A stretch of DNA of 60,954 bases from Pseudolabrys sp. (GTDB lineage Bacteria; Pseudomonadota; Alphaproteobacteria; Rhizobiales; Xanthobacteraceae), in contig DATATS010000203.1 in the NCBI GenBank assembly GCA_036268675.1, forward strand, positions 1-60,954, written 5' to 3'. Positions 22,797 to 33,100 of the stretch are shown here, piece after piece. The notes beneath the pieces were generated by a model, which saw only the letters and a program-made list of their open reading frames with translations, had not been told where the DNA came from and did not search any database. The number at the start of each line of letters is the position of its first letter. Within the stretch, counting starts at the first letter, position 1. Made by a program: the position numbers and the translations under genes.

Positions 22797-24625
22797 GTTC
22801 TCGCATCGAGGATTACGCGCTGATCGGCGATCTCGGTACCGCGGCGCTGGTCGGGCGCGACGGTTCGATCGACTGGCTGTGCTGGCCGCGCTTCGATTCG
22901 GACGCCTGTTTTGCGGCGCTGCTGGGCAAGCCCGAGCACGGCCGCTGGCAAATCGCGCCGAAAGACGGCGAGGCCAAAATCACGCGGCGCTACCGGCCCA
23001 ACACGCTCATCCTGGAAACCCGCTTCGAGACCGCCGACGGCGCAGCCACGCTGATCGATTTCATGCCGCCGCGCGAAGGCAATTCCCACCTGATGCGGCT
23101 TCTGGTCGGTGAGCGTGGGCGCATCGAGTTCCACGGCGAATTGATCCTGCGCTTCGGCTATGGCGCGGCCGTTCCATGGGTGACGCGGATCGACGACAAC
23201 ACACTGCGCGCCGTCGCCGGTCCCGACATGACGGTGCTGCATTCCTCGGTCAAGCTCCACGGCGAAAACCTCAAGACCGTCGGAGACTTCGCGGTGGCGG
23301 CCGGCGAAAAGGTCTCGTTCAGCCTTTCCTACTCGCTGTCGCACCGCGAAATTTCCCCGCCGGCCGATGTCGAGACGCAATTGCGCGCGACGGAAAAATT
23401 CTGGATCGGCTGGGCCGGCAACAACAAGATTTCCTGCCCGTGGGATGAAGCGGTGGTGCGCTCCCTCATCACGCTCAAGGCACTCACTTATGCGCCGACC
23501 GGCGGCATGGCGGCGGCGCCCACCACCTCGTTGCCGGAATTTGTCGGCGGCGCGCGCAATTGGGATTACCGCTACTGCTGGCTGCGCGATGCGACGCTGA
23601 CACTGCTGGCGCTGATGAATGGCGGCTATTACGAAGAAGCGCAGATGTGGCGCGACTGGCTGTTGCGTGCCGCCGCCGGCACGCCCAGCCAGATCCAGAT
23701 CATGTATGGCATCCGCGGCGAACGCCGGCTGACCGAGTGGGAAGTGCCCTGGCTACCGGGCTATGAAGGCTCGCAACCTGTGCGCATCGGCAATGCCGCG
23801 CATAGCCAGTTGCAACTCGATATTTTCGGAGAAGTCATGGACGCGTTGCACCAGGCGCGCCAGGGCGGGCTTGGCGCCAACGAAGCGGGCTGGGATTTGC
23901 AGCGCGCACTCCTCGATCATCTGGAAAAAATCTGGCCGGAACGCGACGAGGGGTTGTGGGAGGTGCGCGGCGGCCGCCAGCATTTCACCCATTCCAAGGC
24001 GATGGCATGGCTCGCGTTCGACCGCGCGATCAAAAGTGCCGAGACCCACAATCTGCCGGGGCCGATCGATCGTTGGCGCGAGATTCGCGACCGCATTCAT
24101 AATGACGTCTGCACGCATGGCTTCGACGCCGAGTTGTGCAGCTTCGTGCAGTCCTATGGATCTAAGGAGCTCGACGCCAGCCTGCTGCTGCTGCCGGCGA
24201 TCGGCTTCCTGCCGCCGGACGATCCGCGCATCATCGGCACAGTGCAGGCGATCGAGCGCGGCCTCATGCACGACGGGCTGGTACTGCGCTACGACACAGG
24301 CAAGACCGACGACGGTCTGCCGCCGGGTGAGGGCGTGTTTCTCGCTTGTAGCTTCTGGCTCGCCGACGCTTACCTGATGCTCGGTCGTGCGGATGACGCT
24401 AAGCGGCTGTTCGAGCGCTTGTTGTCGCTGCGCAACGATCTCGGCCTGCTGAGCGAGCAATACGACCCGCGCTCGCGCCGGCTCGTGGGTAATTTCCCGC
24501 AGGCCTTTTCCCACCTCGCGCTGGTCAATACCGCGAGCAATCTTTCACATTATAAAAAGCCGGCCGAGCAGCGCTCGGACAGCGTCGTTCCCGACAAAGC
24601 CGACGCGCCGGTCGCGGCGCAGTAG
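22793..24625 (+). CDS. Glycoside hydrolase family 15 (trehalase/glucoamylase-like)
   Basis: IEDYALIGD, AAPTTSLPE, RNWDYRYCWLRD, GLWEVRG, GNFPQAFSH; ATGA overlap with the upstream gene. Confidence 0.95.
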   Translation: MSSRIEDYALIGDLGTAALVGRDGSIDWLCWPRFDSDACFAALLGKPEHGRWQIAPKDGEAKITRRYRPNTLILETRFETADGAATLIDFMPPREGNSHLMRLLVGERGRIEFHGELILRFGYGAAVPWVTRIDDNTLRAVAGPDMTVLHSSVKLHGENLKTVGDFAVAAGEKVSFSLSYSLSHREISPPADVETQLRATEKFWIGWAGNNKISCPWDEAVVRSLITLKALTYAPTGGMAAAPTTSLPEFVGGARNWDYRYCWLRDATLTLLALMNGGYYEEAQMWRDWLLRAAAGTPSQIQIMYGIRGERRLTEWEVPWLPGYEGSQPVRIGNAAHSQLQLDIFGEVMDALHQARQGGLGANEAGWDLQRALLDHLEKIWPERDEGLWEVRGGRQHFTHSKAMAWLAFDRAIKSAETHNLPGPIDRWREIRDRIHNDVCTHGFDAELCSFVQSYGSKELDASLLLLPAIGFLPPDDPRIIGTVQAIERGLMHDGLVLRYDTGKTDDGLPPGEGVFLACSFWLADAYLMLGRADDAKRLFERLLSLRNDLGLLSEQYDPRSRRLVGNFPQAFSHLALVNTASNLSHYKKPAEQRSDSVVPDKADAPVAAQ

Positions 24626-24705
24626 ATCTATTGACCGCGGCGCGGCGGGCCGAAACACTCACCGCGTCTTGCCGCCGTCCGCGGCCAATTCAAGGGAGAA
24701 GCGCA

Positions 24706-25047
24706 GTGCTCATCGACCATCGTACCTATCGTATTCATCCGGGCCGCGTGCCGGCGCAGCTCGAGCTTTATCACAAGTACGGCTATCCGGTGCAGCTTCG
24801 CCATATTGGCGAGCCACTGTGCTATCTGGCGGCCGAGAGCGGCGCACTAAACTCCCTCGTGCACGCCTGGGTCTACGAGAACGCGACCGATCGCGAGGCC
24901 AAGCGCGCCGCCATGGCGAAGGACCCGGACTGGAAAATTTTTCTGACCGAGAATGCCAAGGCCGGCAATATCGCCGAGCAGAACACGATGCTGATGACGC
25001 CAGTGTCGTTCGCGCCGACAATGTCGATGCCGAAAATCGTGAAGTAA
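24706..25047 (+). CDS. NIPSNAP family protein
   Basis: DHRTY, GALNSLVHAW.Y, RAAMAKDPDW; GGGAG RBS before GTG. Confidence 0.88.
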   Translation: MLIDHRTYRIHPGRVPAQLELYHKYGYPVQLRHIGEPLCYLAAESGALNSLVHAWVYENATDREAKRAAMAKDPDWKIFLTENAKAGNIAEQNTMLMTPVSFAPTMSMPKIVK

Positions 25048-25881
25048 CTAGCTCTGCGCGGTTTGCGTGAGGCCGGACGGCGGTCCATCGATCGCCGTCC
25101 AGCCGCCATCCACCATCATCGCGGTGCCGGTGACGTAGCTCGCGGCATCGCAGGCGAGGAAGGCAACCGCGGCCGCGACCTCGCTCGGCTCGCTCCAGCG
25201 GTTGAACACGGTGTGCGCCGCAAGCTTCTTGAAAATCTCGGGCCGCGCCTTGAGCGGCTGGACCAATGCCGTGTCGACGATGCTTGGCACCACGGCGTTG
25301 ACCCGCACGTTATGTGGCCCAAGCTCTGAGGCGAGCCCGCGCACAAGCTGGATGATGCCGGCCTTGGTCGCGGCATAGATCGCAAGCCCCGGCTCCAGCG
25401 TCATGGCGCGCATCGATGACGTTGCGATGAGACTGCCGCCGCCCTGGTCGCGCATCAGGCGGCCGAAGGCGCGCAGGAACAGGAACACGCCGCGCAAATT
25501 AAGGTCGGCGATGCGGTCGTATTCCTCGTCGGTATAGTCGAGAAACGGCTTGCGCACGTGCACCGCCGGCGTGGTGACGGCGATGTCGAGGCGCCGCGCA
25601 AATGTCTTGGCGATGTCGGCAAGTTTGGCGATGTCGTCGACATTTCCGGCGTCGATAACATGGGCCTGCGATTTGACCGCGCGGCCAATATCGACCGCGG
25701 TGCGCTCGACCCCGTCGCGGTCCCGGTCGGCGCAAATAACATCGGCGCCGAGTGCCGCCAGCGCTTCCGCCGAGGCTTTGCCGATGCCGGAGGCCGCCCC
25801 CAGCACCAGCGCGGTCTTGCCGGAAAGATCGAAACCAGCGCGGACCGCTTGCAGGCGTTGTTCGATCGTGGATTCGCTCAT
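25048..25881 (-). CDS. SDR family oxidoreductase
   Basis: GAASGIG, YAATK, VRVNAV, VDGGWTA. Confidence 0.93.
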   Translation of the reverse strand: MSESTIEQRLQAVRAGFDLSGKTALVLGAASGIGKASAEALAALGADVICADRDRDGVERTAVDIGRAVKSQAHVIDAGNVDDIAKLADIAKTFARRLDIAVTTPAVHVRKPFLDYTDEEYDRIADLNLRGVFLFLRAFGRLMRDQGGGSLIATSSMRAMTLEPGLAIYAATKAGIIQLVRGLASELGPHNVRVNAVVPSIVDTALVQPLKARPEIFKKLAAHTVFNRWSEPSEVAAAVAFLACDAASYVTGTAMMVDGGWTAIDGPPSGLTQTAQS

Positions 25882-26008
25882 CGCGTCCTTTCCGCAAAGA
25901 TTTGCATTTTCGCTATTCGGGACACTAGTATCCGACGTCGGTCCCGCGCCTTCAACGTCCCCCATTCCTGACGCACAGTTTTACCCTTTCACTCGGAGTT
26001 CCCTGAGC

Positions 26009-27709
26009 ATGCGATCCAACGACGGCACGCGCACCGGCGGCGAAATCCTGGTGGACCAGTTGGCGATCCATGGCGTGCGCCACGCTTTTTGCGTGCCGGG
26101 GGAGAGTTATCTGGCCGCGCTCGACGCCTTCTACGATCACCCCGAGATCGCGCTCACGGTCTGTCGGCACGAAAGCGCCGCCGCCATCGCCGCCGAGGCC
26201 ATCGGAAAGGCGACCGGCAAGCCCGGCATCTGCTTCGTGACGCGCGGGCCGGGCGCCACCAATGCATCCGCCGGCGTCCACATCGCGCGCCAGGATTCCT
26301 CGCCGATGATCCTGTTCGTCGGTCAGGTGGGGCGCGACATGCGCGGGCGCGAGGCGTTCCAGGAACTCGATTACGGCCAGGTGTTCGGCTCGATCGCCAA
26401 ATGGGCGTTCGAGGCCGACGAGCCGGCGCGCCTGCCGGAACTGGTGGCGCGCGCCTTCCACACCGCGTGCAACGGGCGTCCGGGTCCGGTGGTGATCGCA
26501 CTGCCCGAGGACATGCTGCGCGAACGCGCTATCGCCGCCGATGCCAAGCCGGTCACGCCGGTGGAGACCTGGCCCGGCCTCACCGACATGAGCCAACTGC
26601 AAAAACTATTGTGGGCGGCCAAGCGCCCGGTGGCGCTGATCGGCGGCAGCCGCTGGTCGGAGAGCGCCTGCAACGCGCTAATGCGCTTTGCCGAGCGGTT
26701 TGCGCTGCCGGTCGCCACGACTTTCCGCCGCGGGCATTTGTTCAATGCACTGCATCCTTGTTACGCTGGCGACTTCGGCATCGGGCCCAATCCCAAATTG
26801 CTGGCGCGGGTGAAGGGCGCGGACCTGCTGTTGCTGATCGGCGGCCGCCTGGGCGAGATGCCGTCGCAGAGCTACACGCTGCTCGACATTCCCGATCCGC
26901 AGATGAAGCTGGTGCATGTGCATCCCGGCGCGGAGGAACTCGGCCTCGTCTATAACCCGCATCTTGCCATCAACGCTTCGCCGACTGCCTTCTGCTCGGC
27001 GCTCGAAGGCTTGCAGCCGCCCAACGATATTCCCTGGCACGGCGAGAGCGACACCGCGCATGCGGATTTTCTTGCCTGGACCGGCAAGGCGACGCCGCAG
27101 CCGGGCGCGGTCAATCTCGGTGAGATCATGGTGTGGCTGCGCGACAATCTGCCGCCCGAGGCGATCCTCACGCAGGGTGCCGGCAATTATTCCGGCTGGG
27201 TGCATCGTAATTATTATGTGCGCAAATATGGCGGGCTGGTCGGTGCGACCTCAGGCTCCATGGGCTATGGCTTTCCGGCAGCAATGGCGATGAAAATTCT
27301 TTACCCCGAGCGCGCCGTGGTCTGCATGGCGGGCGATGGCGATTTCCTCATGACGGGGCAGGATTTCGCCACCGCCGTGCAATACAAAATCCCGGTCATC
27401 GTTGTGGTCTGCGACAATGGCCTGTACGGCACCATCCGAATGCATCAGGAGCGCGACTATCCCGGTCGCGTGGTGGCGACCGAATTGAAGAACCCGGATT
27501 TCGTAGCCTATGCGCTGGCCTTCGGCGGCTATGGCGCGCTGGTGGAAAAGACCGCCGACTTTCCCGCGGCATTCGCGGCGGCGCAGGCGAGCGGCAAACC
27601 CTCGATCGTGCATTTGAAGATCGATCCGGAAGCGCTCACCACCGGTGCGTCCTTATCCGCGATCCGTGAGAAGGCGCTCGCCGGCGGAAAGGCCGAGATG
27701 CATCGGTAA
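26009..27709 (+). CDS. Thiamine pyrophosphate-dependent enzyme (acetolactate synthase-like)
   Basis: VPGESYL, CRHE, TRGPGATN, GSMGYG, GDGDF..DNG. Confidence 0.92.
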   Translation: MRSNDGTRTGGEILVDQLAIHGVRHAFCVPGESYLAALDAFYDHPEIALTVCRHESAAAIAAEAIGKATGKPGICFVTRGPGATNASAGVHIARQDSSPMILFVGQVGRDMRGREAFQELDYGQVFGSIAKWAFEADEPARLPELVARAFHTACNGRPGPVVIALPEDMLRERAIAADAKPVTPVETWPGLTDMSQLQKLLWAAKRPVALIGGSRWSESACNALMRFAERFALPVATTFRRGHLFNALHPCYAGDFGIGPNPKLLARVKGADLLLLIGGRLGEMPSQSYTLLDIPDPQMKLVHVHPGAEELGLVYNPHLAINASPTAFCSALEGLQPPNDIPWHGESDTAHADFLAWTGKATPQPGAVNLGEIMVWLRDNLPPEAILTQGAGNYSGWVHRNYYVRKYGGLVGATSGSMGYGFPAAMAMKILYPERAVVCMAGDGDFLMTGQDFATAVQYKIPVIVVVCDNGLYGTIRMHQERDYPGRVVATELKNPDFVAYALAFGGYGALVEKTADFPAAFAAAQASGKPSIVHLKIDPEALTTGASLSAIREKALAGGKAEMHR

Positions 27710-27736
27710 GGCGGAAAGGACGCTTGCGTCGGGCGC

Positions 27737-27752
27737 GTGAATCACCATTCAC
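27737..27752. promoter_or_regulatory. Palindromic operator candidate for the adjacent TetR regulator
   Basis: GTGAAT-CACC-ATTCAC perfect inverted repeat 8 nt before the ATG; TTGCGT -35-like box at 27724. Confidence 0.6.
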
Positions 27753-27760
27753 TCGTTGCC

Positions 27761-28414
27761 ATGCCTTATCGGCGCACCGAGAACGTCGTCCGCCGCTTGG
27801 CCCTGCGCGAAGACACCATCCTGGGCGCAGCGGAGGCGCTTGCCATTGAAGGCGGCATGGCGGCAGTGCAGGTCGCCTCCGTCGCCGAACGCGCAGGAAT
27901 CGCGGCCGGCACTGTCTATCGCTATTTCCCGTCCAAGACCGATCTCATTGCCGAACTGATCTCGGGCGTTGCCGAGCGCGAGCTTGAGGCGGTGCGGCTG
28001 GCGGCCGAGGCTGCGCCCGGCCCGCTGTCGGCGCTTGCCGCAGGGCTCGCGTCGTTTGCCGCCCGCGCGTTGCAGCGGCGGCGGCTGATCTGGGCCGTGA
28101 CGGCGGAGCCGGTGGACGCCGATGTTGACACGCTGCGGCTCGATTTCCGCCAATCGCTCGCGGCCGAATTCGAGCGGCGCATCAGGGCCGCACTCGCGGG
28201 CCGCCATCTGCCCGATCAGGATGCGCGCGTGTCGGCGCCGGCCATCGTCGGCGCCTTGTTGGAGGGTCTGGTCGGTCCGATGGCGCCAAGCCCGGACAAC
28301 GATGCCGCCGCGCGCGTGGCGGTGCAGGCGGCGACGTTGCTCAGTTTGCGCGCGCTCGGCGTGGTCGATGCGCGCGCCCGCGGTCTGGTGGCGCAATGCG
28401 TGTTGCCGGTTTAG
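27761..28414 (+). CDS. TetR/AcrR family transcriptional regulator
   Basis: VAERAGIAAGTVYRYFPSKTDL helix-turn-helix. Confidence 0.93.
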   Translation: MPYRRTENVVRRLALREDTILGAAEALAIEGGMAAVQVASVAERAGIAAGTVYRYFPSKTDLIAELISGVAERELEAVRLAAEAAPGPLSALAAGLASFAARALQRRRLIWAVTAEPVDADVDTLRLDFRQSLAAEFERRIRAALAGRHLPDQDARVSAPAIVGALLEGLVGPMAPSPDNDAAARVAVQAATLLSLRALGVVDARARGLVAQCVLPV

Positions 28415-28423
28415 AGTCGGCGG

Positions 28424-28810
28424 TTATTTCTTCTTCCCGTCCGGTCCGAACTGCTTGAGATAGGCCCACAGGTTGGCGATGTCTTTTTCGTTTTTGATGC
28501 CGGGGAAAATCATCTTGGTGCCGGGAATATCGCCGCGCGGGTCCTTGATGTATTTCGCGAAGGTGGCTTCGCCCCACACAATGCCGGATTTCTCATTCGC
28601 CTCCGAATAGTGATAGCCCGGCGCCATGCCGGAATGGCGGCCGTCGAGGCCGTTGAGCTCGGGGCCGACCAGATTTTTCGCGCCCTCACCGATGCGATGG
28701 CAGGGCATGCACTTGTGGAACACCTGCTCGCCGGCGGCGGCATCCTGCGCGCGCGCGGCTTGCGCCATCGCGGCCAGCATGACCGCTGCAATCGTAAAAG
28801 CAGCTTTCAT
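28424..28810 (-). CDS. Class I c-type cytochrome (c2/c550-like)
   Basis: Signal peptide, CMPCH heme motif, GPELNG, PGTKM axial Met. Confidence 0.95.
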   Translation of the reverse strand: MKAAFTIAAVMLAAMAQAARAQDAAAGEQVFHKCMPCHRIGEGAKNLVGPELNGLDGRHSGMAPGYHYSEANEKSGIVWGEATFAKYIKDPRGDIPGTKMIFPGIKNEKDIANLWAYLKQFGPDGKKK

Positions 28811-28952
28811 CGTTGAACTCCCGATCCGACGTAGCGTCGCCACCCGATGTGAACGGGCCGCTCGTGCACCCCAATTCGAATTGGTTTTGCCAGCCCACTG
28901 TGTCAATCGTCAAATGGCTGGTATCCTGCTTAAGAACGATTGGAGATGAGCA

Positions 28953-30446
28953 ATGGCGTTGCGGATGCCGGAAGCGGATAGCGCGGTTTTGTCGCGGCGC
29001 GAGCGCATCGTCGACGCCCTGCGCGCGGTCGTACCGGGCGAGGGGGTGATCGCGGGCGAGCGCGAAATGCGGCCGTTCGAGACCGACGGGCTCACCGCCT
29101 ATCACCAGCTTCCCATGGTGGTGGTGCTGCCGGAGACAACCGAGCAGGTGTCCGAGATCCTGCGATATTGCCATGCCGAGGGCATCAAAGTCGTGCCGCG
29201 CGGCGCCGGCACGTCGCTGTCGGGCGGCGCGCTGCCGCTGGCCGACGGCGTGCTGCTTGGCATGGCGAAGTTCAACCGCATCCGCGAGATCGATTTCGAC
29301 AACCGCGTCGCGGTGGTCGAGCCCGGCGTTACCAATCTTGCAGTGAGCAACGCGGTCGCCGATCGTGGCTTCTATTACGCGCCCGATCCGTCCTCGCAAA
29401 TTGCGTGCACCATCGGCGGCAACGTAGCGGAAAATTCCGGCGGCGTGCATTGCCTGAAATACGGCATGACCACCAACAACGTGCTGGGCTGCGAACTGGT
29501 GCTGATGAACGGTGAGGTGCTGTGCATCGGCGGCAAGCATCTCGACAGCGAGGGTTACGATCTGCTCGGCTTGGTCACCGGTTCGGAAGGCCTGCTCGGC
29601 GTCGTCACCGAAGTCACCGTGCGCATTTTGAAGAAGCCGGAAACCGCGCGCGCGCTGCTGGTCGGCTTTCCCCATTCGGAGGATGCTGGCGAGTGCGTGT
29701 CGCGCATCATCGGCGCCGGCATCATCCCCGGCGGCATGGAGATCATGGACGGCCCAGCCATTCAAGCCGCAGAAGAATTCGTCCATGCCGGCTATCCGCT
29801 CGACGTCGGCGCGCTCTTGATTGTCGAGGTCGACGGGCCGTCGGCCGAAGTCGATCATCTGATCGAGCGCGTCGAAAAAATTGCGCGCGAATGCCGCTCG
29901 GTGTCGTGCAAGGCGTCCAATTCGGAGGACGAACGTCAGCTGTTCTGGGCCGGCCGCAAGGCTGCGTTTCCGGCGGTCGGGCGCATCTCGCCGGATTACT
30001 ACTGCATGGACGGCACCATTCCGCGCGGCAAGCTGCCGCTGGTGCTGCTTCGCATGAAGGAAATGTCGGAGCGTTACGGCCTGCGCGTCGCCAACGTGTT
30101 CCACGCCGGCGACGGAAATCTCCATCCGCTCATTCTCTATGACGCCAACAAGCCGGGTGAACTCGACCGCGCCGAGGCCTTCGGGGCCGAGATCCTGAAA
30201 TTGTGCGTCGAGGTTGGCGGCGTCCTGACCGGCGAGCACGGCGTCGGCGTCGAAAAGCGCGATCTGATGCCGGTGATGTTTTCCGAGGTCGATCTGGCCG
30301 CCCAACAGCGCGTGAAATGCGCCTTCGACGAAAAGGGCCTGCTCAACCCGGGCAAGGTGTTCCCGGTGCTGCACCGCTGCGCCGAATTGGGCCGCATGCA
30401 TGTGTCCGGCGGCAAGGTGCCGTTCCCGGATATTCCAAGATTCTAA
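28953..30446 (+). CDS. glcD: Glycolate oxidase subunit GlcD
   Basis: PRGAGTSLSGG, APDPSS, GVHCLKYG, HAGDGNLHP, GEHGVG. Confidence 0.94.
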   Translation: MALRMPEADSAVLSRRERIVDALRAVVPGEGVIAGEREMRPFETDGLTAYHQLPMVVVLPETTEQVSEILRYCHAEGIKVVPRGAGTSLSGGALPLADGVLLGMAKFNRIREIDFDNRVAVVEPGVTNLAVSNAVADRGFYYAPDPSSQIACTIGGNVAENSGGVHCLKYGMTTNNVLGCELVLMNGEVLCIGGKHLDSEGYDLLGLVTGSEGLLGVVTEVTVRILKKPETARALLVGFPHSEDAGECVSRIIGAGIIPGGMEIMDGPAIQAAEEFVHAGYPLDVGALLIVEVDGPSAEVDHLIERVEKIARECRSVSCKASNSEDERQLFWAGRKAAFPAVGRISPDYYCMDGTIPRGKLPLVLLRMKEMSERYGLRVANVFHAGDGNLHPLILYDANKPGELDRAEAFGAEILKLCVEVGGVLTGEHGVGVEKRDLMPVMFSEVDLAAQQRVKCAFDEKGLLNPGKVFPVLHRCAELGRMHVSGGKVPFPDIPRF

Positions 30447-31660
30447 TGACTGACACTTTGAAGCCCCGCGACGCCAAGGAGGTCGAGGAGGCCGTGCGCT
30501 GGGCGCTTTCGCACGACAAGGCGCTCGAACTGGCCGGGCAGGGCTCAAAGCGCGGCATCGGCCGCCCGAGCCAGACCGACATCACGCTCGATCTGTCTGG
30601 GCTCTCGGGCGTCACGCTGTACGAGCCCGAGGAATTGGTGCTCTCGGCAAGAGCCGGAACGCCGCTCGCCGACATCGAGGCGCTGCTGGAAGAGAACAAC
30701 CAGGAACTCGGCTTCGAGCCGATGGATTATGGTCCACTGTTCGGCGTCGCCCCGGGCGCCGGCACGATTGGCGGCACACTGGCATCGAACCTGTCCGGCC
30801 CGCGACGTATCAAGGCCGGCGCCGCGCGCGATCATTTTCTCGGTGTGACCGCGGTCACCGGGCGCGCGGAGACCATCAAATCCGGCGGCCGCGTGGTCAA
30901 GAATGTCACCGGTTACGACCTCTGCAAGGTGCTCGCCGGCTCCTGGGGCACGCTCGCCGCCATGACTGATGTGACGCTGAAAGTTCTGCCCAAAGCCGAG
31001 ACCGAAGCGAGCGTTATCGTCACCGGCCTCGACGATGCGCAAGCCACGGCGGCGATGGCAGCGAGCATGGGCTCCTCGTGCGACGTTTCGGGCGCCGCAC
31101 ATTTGCCCGATCACGTAGCGTCGGGGTTCGACGGCCTGCCGGGCGCGGGCGCCGCAACGGCGCTGCGGCTCGAAGGCGTTACGCCTTCGGTCAAGCACCG
31201 CAAGGAGATGTTGACGGTGCTGCTCAAGCCGTTCGGCGCGGTCGAACTGCTCGACGAAAAGCAGTCGCGTGCACTTTGGCGCAGCGTGCGGCAGGTAAAG
31301 CCCTTTGCCGGCGAGGCTGCGCGCGCGCGACCACTCTGGCGCATCTCGACCGCGCCCGGCAAAGGCCACACGCTGGCGTCCTTGATCACGCCGGCGGCGC
31401 AGATGTTCTACGACTGGGCGGGCGGCCTGATCTGGGTCGCCATGCCTTTTGCCGAGGAGCCTGATGCGGCCTCGATCCGCGGCGCGGTCGCAAAGCTCGG
31501 CGGCCATGCGACACTCATTCGCGCACCGGCCGCGGTGCGCGCCTCGCTCGAGGTGTTCGAGCCGCCGCAGGCGGGCATCGCCGGTCTGAGTAAGCGCGTG
31601 AAGGAAGGCTTCGACCCCAAGCGCGTGCTCAATCCCGGCCGCATGTGGGCGGGTGTGTGA
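30446..31660 (+). CDS. glcE: Glycolate oxidase subunit GlcE
   Basis: YEPEELV, GGRVVKNVTGYDL, FDP..VLNPGR; TAATG overlap with glcD. Confidence 0.93.
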   Translation: MTDTLKPRDAKEVEEAVRWALSHDKALELAGQGSKRGIGRPSQTDITLDLSGLSGVTLYEPEELVLSARAGTPLADIEALLEENNQELGFEPMDYGPLFGVAPGAGTIGGTLASNLSGPRRIKAGAARDHFLGVTAVTGRAETIKSGGRVVKNVTGYDLCKVLAGSWGTLAAMTDVTLKVLPKAETEASVIVTGLDDAQATAAMAASMGSSCDVSGAAHLPDHVASGFDGLPGAGAATALRLEGVTPSVKHRKEMLTVLLKPFGAVELLDEKQSRALWRSVRQVKPFAGEAARARPLWRISTAPGKGHTLASLITPAAQMFYDWAGGLIWVAMPFAEEPDAASIRGAVAKLGGHATLIRAPAAVRASLEVFEPPQAGIAGLSKRVKEGFDPKRVLNPGRMWAGV

Positions 31661-31671
31661 GAGACTGAGCC

Positions 31672-32997
31672 ATGCAAACCAATTTCACCCTCGCGCAGCT
31701 GGCCGACCCGCAGACCTATGCGTCGGAAAAAATCCTGCGTGCCTGCGTGCATTGCGGGTTCTGCAACGCGACCTGTCCCACCTATCAGTTGCTCGGTGAC
31801 GAACTCGATGGTCCGCGCGGGCGCATTTATCTCATCAAGGAGATGCTCGAGCAGGAGAAGCCTGCGACGCGCGACGTGGTCAAGCATATCGACCGCTGCC
31901 TGTCCTGCCTTGCCTGCATGACAACGTGTCCGTCCGGCGTGAACTACATGCATCTCGTCGACCACGCGCGCGACCACATCGAAAGGACCTACAAGCGTCC
32001 GCTCATCGACCGCGCCATGCGCGCCATGCTCGCCCGCGTCCTCACCGACCAGGCGCTGTTCCGCATGGCGGCAGTGGCCGGAAAGATCGCAAGGCCGCTG
32101 GCGCCGGTTTTACGCCTCGTCGGCCTGCGGCGGATCGCCGCGATGGCGCGCCTAAGTCCACGCGCCAAGCCCGCGCCGCCGGTCGAGCGCACCGGCAAGG
32201 TCCATCCGGCGCAAGGCCCGCGCTGCGGCCGCGTGGCGCTGCTGTCGGGCTGCATAAATCCCGTACTCTCGCCATCGACGGATGAGGCCGCCATCCGTTT
32301 GCTCAACCGGCACGGCATCGAGGTGGTGGTGGCGCAAGGCGAAGCCTGCTGCGGCTCGCTCGTGCATCACATGGGGCGTGAGGAGCAGGCGCTGTCACAG
32401 GCGCGCAACAATATCGACGCATGGACCCGTGAGATCGAGGCCGGCCCGCTCGATGCCATTCTTGTCACGGTCTCCGGCTGTGGAACCACGATCAAGGATT
32501 ATGGGTTTATGTTTCGGAGTGACCCGGCCTATGCCGCCAAGGCCGTTCGCGTTTCCCAGCTTGCCAAGGACATCACCGAATATCTGGCGACGATGGATTT
32601 AAAGGCCGGAAAGCCGGTACGCCGGCTCAAGGTCGCCTATCACTCGGCGTGCTCGCTACAGCACGGGCAGAGAGTCGTGCGCGAGCCGAAAGAGTTACTC
32701 TTAAAGTCCGGCTTCGTCGTCGAAGATGTGCCGGAAGGCCATTTGTGTTGCGGCTCGGCAGGTACCTACAACCTCCTGGAGCCGGATTTGGCGGAGGCTT
32801 TGCGGGATCGAAAGGTCGCCAACATCGAACGATTGAAGCCGGATGTGATTGCGGCCGGCAATATCGGCTGCCTCATGCAAATCGGCTCCGGCACCGCTGT
32901 TCCGGTTGTCCATACCGTCGAGTTGATCGACTGGGCGACCGGCGGGCCGGTGCCCGAGCCGCTTGCCGGCCTGGCGGATCGCGAATCCGCGGTTTAG
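31672..32997 (+). CDS. glcF: Glycolate oxidase iron-sulfur subunit GlcF
   Basis: CVHCGFCNATCP, CLSCLACMTTCP, two CCG domains. Confidence 0.95.
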   Translation: MQTNFTLAQLADPQTYASEKILRACVHCGFCNATCPTYQLLGDELDGPRGRIYLIKEMLEQEKPATRDVVKHIDRCLSCLACMTTCPSGVNYMHLVDHARDHIERTYKRPLIDRAMRAMLARVLTDQALFRMAAVAGKIARPLAPVLRLVGLRRIAAMARLSPRAKPAPPVERTGKVHPAQGPRCGRVALLSGCINPVLSPSTDEAAIRLLNRHGIEVVVAQGEACCGSLVHHMGREEQALSQARNNIDAWTREIEAGPLDAILVTVSGCGTTIKDYGFMFRSDPAYAAKAVRVSQLAKDITEYLATMDLKAGKPVRRLKVAYHSACSLQHGQRVVREPKELLLKSGFVVEDVPEGHLCCGSAGTYNLLEPDLAEALRDRKVANIERLKPDVIAAGNIGCLMQIGSGTAVPVVHTVELIDWATGGPVPEPLAGLADRESAV

Positions 32998-33100
32998 GCG
33001 GACGACGCGGAAAAGCTGGTCGCGCTTTGCCGCGGGGAGGCGGCAGGCGGGAGTTTGCAGGAATTTGTAGAAATTCGGGTGAACCGATCGGAGGACGATC

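Noticed and set aside
25550-26008. N-terminal extension of the TPP enzyme ORF (likewise those of zapA, glcE, groES, pal, cpoB)
   Set aside because: Extensions overlap other genes or repeats; family motifs and RBS begin at later starts
28686-30548. 620-aa ORF antisense to glcD, and similar long antisense ORFs over tolB, ftsH and the aminotransferase
   Set aside because: Shadow ORFs of GC-rich coding sequence
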